From contig CM075995.1 in the NCBI GenBank assembly GCA_038087875.1, positions 6,450,001 through 6,514,000 of the forward strand: a stretch of 64,000 nt of DNA. Reading direction: 5' to 3'. Both the position numbers and the translations under genes were made by a program. This document shows, one piece after another, positions 1 through 11,100 of this stretch (within the stretch, counting starts at the first letter, position 1; each line of letters starts with the position of its first letter). The notes under the pieces are model-generated. The model saw only the letters and a program-made list of their open reading frames with translations, was not told the DNA's origin and did not search any database. This DNA is from Malacoraja senta. Its lineage: Eukaryota.

Positions 1-515
1 GGCTGGGATGAGACTCTCCCTGAATGGTGTTAATCCCCAAGAACCCTCGGCCTTGATTTATGATGAAAGCCAGGCTATAGATTGCTGCAACGGAAATGGC
101 AAATCTCTCAACGCCCCATTGTATGGGTCGAGCCGTAGTATAAAGAGCTGGCACCTTGGGTTGACGAAACTCATGTGTAAACTTGTTGAGTCGGCTTTGT
201 TCCCAGTTGTTGGGCGATGTGTCATCTCACCAAGGACCTTGTGTTTGCTTGTCCTTGGCCCAATCTAGTTATTCGGGTTATTTTCATTGTGTTAAAGAGA
301 TTACTCTGAATCATTGCAGGGCGGAGGGGGGAGAATTAAGGACTTTTTTCCAATTAGGGCAGTTTCTGTCGGATGAGTCACTGGACATGGATTAGTTTCT
401 TAATAGGGAGCTTCCCAGTAGTTCTCCAACTTTGGACAATGCTGACAAGGTCGTCATAGAGTCATACAACATAGAAACAGGCCCCTCAGCCCAATTTGCC
501 TGCACCGACCAACAT

Positions 516-1725
516 CTTGGTTATCATAGGCGACTTTAATCTACTTATAGATTGGGCCAACCAAATTGGTAACAGTGCTGAGGAGGAAGATTTCCTGGAA
601 TGTATACGGGATGGGTTTTTAAACCAATATGTGGAGGAACCGACTAGAGGGCAGGCCATCCTAGACTGGGTATTGTGTAATCAGGAAGGATTAGTTAGCG
701 ATCTTGTTGTGCAAGGCCCCTTGGGCAACAGTGACCATAATATGGTGGAATTCTGCATTAGGATGGAGAGTGACTCTGTTAATTCAGAGACTAGGGTCCT
801 GAACTTGAATAAAGGAGACTTTGAAGGTATGAGATGGGAATTGGCTAGGATAGACTGGCAAATTATACTTCAAGGGTTGACAGTAGAGGTGTAATGACGA
901 AGATTTAAAGACCGCGTGGATGAACTCCAGAAATTGTTCATCCCTGTCCGGTGAAAAAATAAAACTGGGAAGGCGGCTCAACCGCGGCTGACGAGGGAAG
1001 TCAAGGATAGTGTTAAATCCAAGGAAGAGGCATATAAATTGGCCAGAAGAAGTAGGCATGCAGGTACAACAGGCAGTGAAGAAAGCTATTGGCATGTTGG
1101 CCTTCATAACGAGACGAGTTGAGTATAGGAGCAAATAGATCCTTCTGCAGTTGTACAGGGCCCTGCTGAGACCACACCTGGAGTATTGTGTGCAATTTTG
1201 GTCTCCTAATTTGAAGAAGGACATTCTTGCTATTGAGGGAGTGCAGCGTAGATTCACCAGGTTAATTTCCGGGATGGCGGGACTGTCGTATGATGAAAGA
1301 ATGGAGCGACTGGGCTTGTATTCACTGGAATTTAGAAGGATGAGAGGGGATCTTATAGAAACATATAAAATTATTAAGGGATTGGACAGACTAGATGCAG
1401 GAAACTTGTTCCCGATGTTGAGGAAGTCCAGAACCAGGGGTCACAGTTTAAGCATAAGGGGTAGGCCATTATTGGGGGAAAAAATTTCACCCAGAGAGTT
1501 GTGAATGGGGAATTCTCTGCCACAGAAGACAGTGGAGGCTAATTCACTGGATGTTTTCTAGAGAGTTAGATTTAGCTCTCGGGGCTAACGGAATCAAGGG
1601 ATATGGGGAAAAAGCAGGAACTGGGTACTGATTCCAGATGATCAGCCATGATCATATTGAATGGTGGTGCTGGCTCGAAGGGCCGAATGGCCTACTCCTG
1701 CACCTATCATTCTATGTTTCTATGT
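516..1725 (+). mobile_element. CR1 (HER1-like) LINE, degenerate and internally deleted
   Basis: Endonuclease motifs IIGDFN and GNSDHN at 516-890 are joined near 1051 to RT C-terminus RPHLEYCVQFWSP...GLYSLEFRRMRGDLIE; CR1 3' UTR ends ...tctatgtttctatg. Confidence 0.9.
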
Positions 1726-2119
1726 CCCATCTACACTTGTCTGCCTGCGTTTGGCCCATATCCCTCCAAACCTGTCCTATCCATGCACCTGTCTAAATAT
1801 TTCTTAAAAGTTCATAACATAGGAAGCCATTCGACTCACTAAGTCTACTCCACCATTCAATTTTGCCCGATCTATCTTTCCCTCTCTACCCCATTCTCCT
1901 GCCTTCGCCCGATAACTCCTGACACTGTACACTAATCAAAAACCTGTCAAACTCTGCTTTAAAAATACCCAAATGACTTGGCCTCCACAGCTATCTGTGA
2001 CGATGATTTCCTCAGATTCACCACCCTCTGAAAGAAGAAATTTCCCCTCATCTCCTTTCTCAAGGCACGTCCTTTTATTCTGAGGCTATGGCCTCTGGTC
2101 GGAGACCCTCCCACTAGAG

Positions 2120-2602
2120 AACTGCTCTGCCCAGGACAAGAAGGCTCTGCAGAAAGTAGTGCGTTCGGCCGAACGCACGATGGGAACTACACTCGCCCTC
2201 CCTGCAGGGACTATACATCAGAAGGTGCAGATCCAGAGCCAACAAGATCATGGGGGACCCCTTCCACCCCAGCAACGGACTGTTCCAGCTGCCACGGTCA
2301 GGCAAACGCCTCCGTTGCCATGCTGTGAAAACAGAGAGGATGAGAAGGAGTTTCTTCCCAGAGGCCATTAGGACTGTAAACTCCTATCTCACCAGGGACT
2401 AACTTACTGTACCAATTTACTGTTGTGTGGTGTCTTTTTAAAATCGCTGTTTTTTTCTTTTCCTCCCACAAATATGTAATATGTGAATATGTGATTCTGT
2501 TTCATTCTGTTTTGTAGTTTTTTTTTGCACAATCTGCGAGCATTGCCACTTTTCATTTCACTGCACATCTCGTATGTGTATGTGACGAATAAACCTGACT
2601 TG
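2120..2602 (+). mobile_element. Rex/Babar-type LINE 3' fragment inserted in a CR1 tail
   Basis: Translates KALQKVVRSAE...ERMRRSFFPEAIR; aataaa tail; TSD actagag at 2113-2119 and 2603-2609. Confidence 0.75.
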
Positions 2603-2754
2603 ACTAGAGGAAACAACCTCTCCACATTCACTCTATCCTGAGTTTTAAGTGTTTTCGCTCATCCTTTTAAACTCCATCGAGTTTTGGCCCAGTGCCATCA
2701 AACGCATATGTTAACCCATTCATCCTTGGGATCATTCTTGTAAACCTCCTTTGA

Positions 2755-2925
2755 ACCTTCCAACTCCACCTCCTCTGGACCTCCTCCGACGCCAACTCCA
2801 CCTCTGGACCTTCTCCAACACCAACTCCACCTCTGGACCTTCTCCAATGCCGACTCCACCTCCTCTGGACCTCCTCTGACGCCAACTCACCTCTGGACCT
2901 TCTCCGACGCCAACTCCACCTCCTT
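2755..2925. repeat. Minisatellite, about 5.5 units of ~29-33 bp (caactccacctc[ctc]tggacctYctccRacgc)
   Basis: Units visible directly; continuous with a CR1 fragment (taaacctcctttgaacc). Confidence 0.85.
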
Positions 2926-5052
2926 CGGCCCAGCTTGCCCATGCCGACTAACATGTCCCATCTTCACTAGCCCCACCTGCCTGCGTTTGGCCCATATTCC
3001 TCTAAACCTGCCCTATCCATGTACCTGTCTAAATGTTTCTTAAATGCTGCGATAGTCCGTTCATACTCCCATCACCCTTTGTGTGAAAGAGTTGCCCCTC
3101 GGGTTTCTTTCAAATCTTTCCCCCCTCACTTTAAACCCATGTCCTCTAGTTCTTGCCAAAGATGGGCACAAAGAGTAACTCAGTGGGTCAAGCAGCATCT
3201 CTGGTGAAAAAGGACGGGTGACGTTTTTTGTCGGGACCCTTCTTCCAGACTGAAAGTACAAGATTGTTGAGTATATGGAACAAGCTGCCAGAGGAGGTAG
3301 TTGAGGCAGGGACTATCCCAATGTTTAAGAAACAGTTAGACAGGTACATGGATAGGACAGATTTGGAGCGATATGGACCAAACACAGGCAGGTGGGACTA
3401 GTGTAGATGGGACATGTTGTCCGTTGTGGGCAAATTGGGCTGAAGGGCCTGTTTCCATGTTGTATCACTCTATGACTCTAGAGTGGGGAGGGGGGGGGGG
3501 GGGCTCTGGTTCTTGATTCCCCCACTCTAGGCGAAAGACTATTCATCCTATTTAATGATCTTACACACAGTGCAGTCAGTACAGGTGATAGGTTTCCTGA
3601 TCTTTTTTTGAAAGTTTCACAGACTAAGTTTGGTGGCCACAATTAACAATTTAAATGTGCGAGGGCTGTTTGCCAGCAAGTAGCCAGGAGAGCGGAGGTG
3701 ATATTGAATGTTACTGATGGTTGTAGCATTCCGGTTGATCTGACATGTTGGTAGTTTACTGTTTGGGTCCCTGATCCCCACCGACACAGAGCCCCTTTGG
3801 TCCCTCAGTCCCCAAAGGGAAAAGGAGATATCTGTCTCTCCATGGATAGCACTCCTTTACATCCCAAATTCCCAGAGGAATTTCTATATGATTGTTTGAG
3901 AAGCAGAAGATAGACACGAGATGCTGGAGTAACTCAGCGTGTGGCCAAGCAGCACCAATGGATGGAAGGAATGGGTGACAATTTAGGTCGAGACCCTTCT
4001 TGAGAAGCAGAGATTAATGACGGCATGGTGGTGCAGAGGTAGAGTTGCTGCCCACATTGGGCCATTGTGGGCTCCACCCTTCCTGAAGTAATTTGTTTCC
4101 GGCCCTGGTTTGTTCTGGCCTTTTGTTGCTCCTAGTTCTCCCCCCCCCCACTCTCTTTCATTCTGAAGAAGGGACCCGACCCGAAATGTCACCCATCCTT
4201 TTTCTCTAGAGATGCTGCCTGACCCGCTGAGTTGCCCCAGCGTTTTGTATCTATCTGCTGCCTCACAGCGCCAGTTTGATCCTGACTACGGGTGCTGTCT
4301 GTACGGAGTTTGTACCTTTCTATCTATAATCATGTGGGTTTTCTCTGGGTGCTCCTCTTACACTCAAAAGACTTACGGGTTTCTAGGTTAATTGGCTTTG
4401 GTAAAATTATAAATTGGTCCTAATGTGTAGGATAGTGTTAGTGTACGGGGATCGCTGGTTGGCGCGGACTCGGTAGACCTGATTCCGTGCTGTATCTCTG
4501 AAGTCTAAAGTACAGCAAATGTGCATCCTGCCCCTTTTTTTGCACAATAATCTCTGATTAGGAATTTAAAGGGGGCTTTTATCTCAGAAGACCGAAGTCT
4601 CATTCCTTCTCAAAGATAATGAACCAGGTCAGAGCTGGCCAACATTACTCGATCATTGGTGTCAAACCAACTTCTTGTAAGGAAAATGTCGAATCAAGGA
4701 ATTGCAGATGCTGGTTTATACCAAAGATAGACACAAAGTGCTGGAGTAACTTGACGAGTCAGGCAACATCTCGAGAAAAAGGTCAGGTGACGTTTCGGGT
4801 CAGGATTCTGAAGAAGGGACCAGACCCGAAATGTTACCCATCCTTTCTCTCTAGAGTTGCTGCCTAACCAGCTGAGTCACTCCAGATTTTTGTGTCTTAT
4901 CTAAAAATACTGTGTCTCTTTCTCATAGGGAAATCAGTTATGTAAGTAAGTAAGTAAATATTATTTATATAGCACGTTGAAATCAACTCACATTGCTTTA
5001 CATAGAAAAAACAAAGTGCTTTACATAGAAAAAATAATTAAGTTGTGAGTTT

Positions 5053-5476
5053 TGTTTGAGAAAGAACTGCAGATGCTAGAACAATCGAAGGTAGACAGAA
5101 AATGCTGGAGAAACTCAGCGGGTGATGCAGCAACTATGGAGAGAAGGAACAGGCGACGTTTTGGGTCGAGACCCTTCTGCAGACTGATGTCGGGGTGGGG
5201 TGCGGGGAAATAAAAGGAAGTAGATGGAGACAGTAGTACTGTGGGAGAACTGGGAAGGGGGAGGGGAAGGAGGGAGAAAGCAAGGGCAATCTAAAATTAG
5301 AGAAGTCAATGTTCATACCACTGGGGTATAAACTACCCAAGCAAAATATGAGATGCTTTCCTCCAATTTGCACTGGGGCTCACTCTGGCAATGGAGGAGA
5401 CCCAGAACAGAAAGGTCAAATTGGGAATGGGAGGGGGAGTTGAAGTGCTGAGCAACCAGATGATCAGGTTGGTTAA
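5053..5476 (-). mobile_element. Penelope-like element 3' fragment (GIY-YIG C-terminus plus pseudo-LTR)
   Basis: Minus-strand HLIFCLGSLYPSGMNIDFSNF parallels HLIFRLGSLHPGSLNIEYSQF of the 7349 ORF; degenerate hammerhead motif at 5155-5182; flanking gtgagttt repeats at 5045 and 5477. Confidence 0.8.
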
Positions 5477-7198
5477 GTGAGTTTGCTCATTTAGTCTTTA
5501 GAAACGGGCCCTTCAGCCAATCGTGTCCACACCAACCATCGATCACCCATTCACACTAGTTCTAAGTTAACTTACTTTCTCATCCACTCCCTACACACCG
5601 GGGGACAATTTCCAGAGGGCTAATTGACTGACAAACCCGCATGTCTTTTGAGTGTGGGAGAAAGTCGGAGCACACAGAGAAAACACCCATGGTCACAGGG
5701 AGAACGTGGAAACTCCACACCACCGGCAGTTAAGGTCAGGATTGAACCCTCGGCCTTTGATTGTGTGAGACAGCAGCTCCACTGTGCTGCTTTGCCTTAA
5801 ATTGTCTGAAAGTGATTTTAATCTGATGTGGTAATGTGAAAAGGAAAGTATAACCACAGCTGCAGAAACTTCAGTTGTTCTGCATTACTCTAAGAGTACT
5901 GTCCAAATCACCTCTACCTCATTGCTGACATAAGGTCATAAGGAATAGGAGTAGAATTAGGCCATTCGGCCCATCAAGTCTACTCCGCCATTCAATCCCG
6001 GTTGATCTATCTCTCCTAACCCCGTTCTCCTGCCTTCACCCCATAACCCCTGACACCCGTACTAATCTATCTCTGCCTTAAAAATATCCACTGACGGCCT
6101 CTAGTCTGCAGCCTTCTGTGGCAAAGAATTCCACAGATTCACCACGTCTCTGACTATAAAGAAATTCCTCCTCATCTCCTTCCTAAAGGAATGTCCTTTT
6201 ATTCTGAGGCTATGACCTCTGGTCCTAGACTCTCCCACTGGTGGAAACATCTTCTCACATCCACTCTATCCAGGCCTTTCACTATTCGGTACGTTTCAAT
6301 GAGGTCTCCCCTCATTCTTCTAAACTCCAGTGAGTACAGGCCCAGTGCCGACAAACGTTCATCATAGGTTACCTATTGTAAACCTCCTCTGGACCCTCTC
6401 CAGATCCAGCACATCCTTCCTCAGATATGGTGCCCAAAATTGATCACATTGGACTTTGTCTCTGAAACTGATGCGCTACAATGCTGAGATCTATATCTGA
6501 ACTCGGTAGCTTCCCCTTTGCTCTACCTATTGTACTCAACTTGATTGTATTTAGTTTTGTTTTCTAGTTTTAGAGATACACCCTTCGGTCCACGGAGTCC
6601 GTACCGACCAGCGATCCACACACATTAACACTACCCTACACACACTAGGGACAACTTTACAATTATACCCAGCTAATTAACCTACAAACCTGTAGTTCTT
6701 TGGAGTGTGGGAGGAAACTCATGTGGTCACAGGGAGAATATACATACTCTGTACAGACAAGCACCCTTAGCCAGGATCGAACCAGGATCTCTGGCGCTGT
6801 CAGGCAGCGACTCTACTGCTGCGCCACCGTGCCTCCCTTAATACAGCATTGTGTTTTGTGATCTTTCTTTCCATTGACTGTGTGTCAACCACACCAGAGA
6901 GCAGTTCTTAACTACTTCACACAGAGAGTGGTGAATCTCTGGAACTCTCTGCCACAGAGGGTAGTTGACGCCAGTTCATTGGCTATATTTAAGAGGGAGT
7001 TAGATGTGGCCCTTGTGGCTAAAGGGATCAGGGGGTATGGAGAGAAGGCAGGTACAGGATACTGAGTTGGATGATCAGCCATGATCATATTGAATGGCGG
7101 TGCAGGCTCGAAGGGCCGAATGGCCTACTCCTGCACCTATTTTCTATGTTTCTATGTTTCTATGTTTCCCACCTCATCGGAGAGCCTAGGTTTATCTT

Positions 7199-8123
7199 CA
7201 GGGAACGGGGGTTCCCCTCCTCCACCATAGATGAGGGTCTCTGCCATACCCCGCAACACTGCTCTCTCTCCCCATCCCCCCCACTCACAACAAGGGCAGA
7301 GTCCCCCTAGTCCTCACCTTTCACCCCACCAGCCGTCACATACAACAAGTGATCCTCCGTCAGTTTCGCCACCTCCAACGTGACCCCACCACTCGCCACA
7401 TCTTCCCATCTCCCCCCATGTCTGCCTTCCGCAAAGACCGCTCTCTCCGTAACTCCCTTGTCAATTATTCCCTTCCCTCCCATACCACCCCCTCCCCTGG
7501 TACTTTCCCTTGCAACCGCAAGAGATGCAACACTTGTCCCTTCACCTCCCCCCTCGACTCCATTCAAGTACCCAAGCAGTCGTTCCAGGTGCGACAGAGG
7601 TTCACCTGCATCTCCTCCAACCTCATCTATTGCATCCGCTGCTCTAGATGCCAGCTAATCTACATCGGTGAGACCAAGCGGAGGCTTGGCGATCGTTTCG
7701 CCGAACACCTCCGGTCGGTCCGCATTAACCAACTTGACCTCCTGGTGGCTCAGCACTTCAACTCCCCCTCCCATTCCGTATCTGACCTCTCTGTCCTGGG
7801 TCTCCTCCATGGTCACAGCGAGCAACACCGTAAATTGGAGGAAATGCACCTCATATTCCGCTTGGGCAGTCTACATCCTGGGAGCTTGAACATTGAATAC
7901 TCCCAATTCTGCTAGCCCTTGCTGTCCCCTCCCCTTCATCAGCCCTCTGGTTGTCTCCTCCCCTCACCCAGCCCTCAGGCTCCTCCTCCGCCTTTTTCCT
8001 TTTTTCCTTTCTTCTCCCCACCCCCTATCAGTCTGAAGAAGGGTTTCAGCCCGAAACGTTGCCTATTTCCTTCGCTCCATAGATGCTGCTGCACCCGCTG
8101 AGTTTCTCCAGCATTTTTGTGTA
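7199..8123 (+). mobile_element. Penelope-like retroelement, 5'-truncated, with GIY-YIG endonuclease and pLTR
   Basis: 14-bp TSD cctaggtttatctt at 7185-7198 and 8124-8137; GIY-YIG ORF; 3' end carries ctgaagaagggtttcagcccgaaacgtt. Confidence 0.92.
7349..7915 (+). pseudogene. Penelope GIY-YIG endonuclease domain, open over 188 aa but lacking the RT
   Basis: Cys-rich linker CNRKRCNTC, NLIYCIRC..CQLIYIGET (GIY-YIG), RLGDRFAEH, VAQHF. Confidence 0.9.
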
Positions 8124-11100
8124 CCTAGGTTTATCTTTGATTGGACTTTGCCTTGCACTGAATGGTATTCCCTTTATCATGTATCTGTACACTGCGAATG
8201 GCTTGATTGTAATCATGTACTGTCTTTCTGCTGACTGGATAGCACGCAACAAAAGCTTTTCACTGTACCTCTGTACACGTGACAATAAACTAAACTGATC
8301 TGATCTGATTCGTGTGTTGTGTGCGTGTGTCCGTGTGTGTGTGCGCGTGTCAGCATCTGCGGTCTCTTTTATCTTAATTGGTCATAGCCTATAAATATAT
8401 CATTGGTCAGCATTGAATAGTAATAAAGCTTTTTAGCAGTGTTTAAAGAATTGTTTCAACAAAGCATTGCCTTCATGTTAGCTCATAGGGCTAGCGGAAT
8501 CAAGGGATATGGGGAGAAAGCAGGAACGCGGTACTGATTGTCGATGATCAGCCATGATCATATTCAATGGCGGTGGCTCAAAAGACCAAATGACCTACTC
8601 CGGCACCTATTTTCTATGTTTGTGTGCCTGTCTGTCTGTGTGTGTGTGTGCGTGTCCGTGTGCGTGTATGTCTGTGTACGTGTCCCCGTGTGCGTGTGTC
8701 CATCCGTCCCGTCTTTGTGCCGTGTGTGTGTTTGGCACCATCTGTGCACTTGCTTGTGCCAGTCGCTGAGATTGTAAGAACTCCTTCAAAACTTCGGTTC
8801 CTCCTTTGGCTCTTGTGTTTCTTTTTCAAACTCCAATTGGCCAGACAGAGCCGCAGTGTTTCAGTCAAAGCGGTTGTGTATAAAAGGCACCATTCAGAGA
8901 CTCTTTTCCTTTTCTGTGGAAGTGAAAGGAGTGGAGCAGCCCCAGAGTGCACGCATTACACGGCATGCTTGGGCCTGCAAATATGCTTCAGTGCAGTTGT
9001 GCATGTCAACTTTTGGTGATCGCTTCAAAACTAAGGAGATTGAAGCCAGACAATCTGGTGTACGGGTTGGTCGGCACGGACTCTGTAGGCCTAAAGACCT
9101 GTTTCCGCGCTGTATCCATTCCTTCTCACCAGAGACGCTGCCTGTCCTGCTGAGTTACTCCAGCATTTTGTGTCTATCTTCGATATAAACCAGCATCTGC
9201 AGTTCTTTCCTACACAGTTTTAGTTTAGTTTAGTGTAGTTTGGAGACGCAACTTCGGCCCACCGAGTCCGCACCGACCAGCGATCCGCGCACATTAACAC
9301 TATTCTACACACACTAGGGACAATTTACATTTACACCAAGCCAATTAACCTACGAACCTGTACATCTTTGGAGTGTGGGAGGAAACTGGAGCACCTGGAG
9401 AAAACCCACGCAGGTCACAGGGAGAACATACATTCTCCATACAGACAGCACCCGTAGTCAAGATTGAACCCGGGTCTCTAGTGCCATAAGAAAGCAACTC
9501 TATCACTGCGCCACCGTTCCACCTTATACATGAACAAACTGCCAAATTCACCACACTATTCAATTTCTAGACAAGCCTCTTTACTATCAAGGAATCTTGA
9601 CACTGAGAGTGGGAAGGGAGGCATATTGAATGGTAGACACAAACTGCTGGAGCAACTCAGCGGGTTCGGCAGCATCTCTTGGAGAAAAAGAATGAGTGAC
9701 ATTTCAGGTCGGGACCCTTCCAACTGAGAGGTCAGGGGAAAGAGAAACGAAAGATATAGAAGGTACATTGAACAAATGAATGAAAGATATACAAAAAGCA
9801 ACGATGATCAAGGTAAGTCGGAGCCCACAATGGTCCATTGTTGGCGGTGGGGAAGGTGACCACGAGTGATACAAACAGTGAAACTCAGCACGACGACAGT
9901 GAAACTAGTACGACGACTAGAGTGGAAGGGGGACGAAGAGAGAGGGGATGCAAAGGTTACTAGAAGGCAGAGAAATCAATAGTCATACTGCTGGACTCTA
10001 CTAGGTTCTGTAGATTAAGTGGCTTCGGTAAAGATTATAAATTGTCCCCTGCATAGGATAGTGTTAGTGTGCGGGGATGTTTGGTCGGCGCGGACCTGGT
10101 GGGCCGAATGGGACAGTTTCCACCCTTTAAATCCAAACTTAACTAAATTTTTCTTAAAGCTTGCTAGATTAATCACTTCTTCAGAATTACGAACTGCTTT
10201 CTGTTACATGGGAGCCTTTTGTCGTCTCAACCTATTCCAATGATTCTCTTGTCTGAAGTTAGTTCACATTCATAAGTTCTAGGAGCAGAATTAGGCCATT
10301 CGGCCCATCGTCTACTCCACCATTCAATCATGGCTGATCTATCTTTCCCTCTCAACCCCATTCTCCTGCCTTCTCCCCATAACCCCTGACACCCGTACTA
10401 ATCAAAAATCTGTCAAACTCCACCTTAAAAATATCCTTTGACTTGGCCTCCACAACCCTCTGACTAAAGAAATTCCTCCTCATCTCCTTTCTAAAGGTGC
10501 GTCCTTTTATTCTGAGGCTGTGGCTTCTAGTCCTAGACTCTCCCACTAGTGGAAAAACCCTCTCCACATTCACTCTGTCCAGGCCTTTCAACTTGTATTT
10601 TTTCAGTTAGTTTTTTCATTATATATTTATTATAACAGGAATAGATCATTGTTTTTCTTGACGGAGGTTTATTGAACGCTAATAAGAAGCAGGTTTTCGC
10701 TGTTTATAGTGCAACTCAGTAATGGGATAAGCTGTGTTACTGAAATGCTAAAGTTTGCTGGTTAAGTTATTCTTTAGTTTAGTTTGGTGATACCGCACGG
10801 AAACAGGCCCTTCGACCCAGCTAGTCTGTGCTGACCAGTGATCACCCCGTACATCAGTACACACTAGGGGCAATTTACAGAAGTCAATTAACCTACAAAC
10901 CTATATGTGTTTAGGGTGTGAGAGGAAACCGGAGCACCCGGAGAAAACCCACGCAGGTCACGGGGAGACCGTACAAACACCATATGGACAGCACCCGTAG
11001 TCAGAATCAAACCCGGGTCTCTGGCGCTGTGAGGCAGCAACTCTACCGTCGTACGCCATTGTGCCGGGTTGCTGCAAAAGGCGATGATTTATGGCAGGTC

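Noticed and set aside
1..440. Unique sequence with short ORFs 8-268 and 183-395
   Set aside because: No recognisable motif or splice structure; truncated by the window edge
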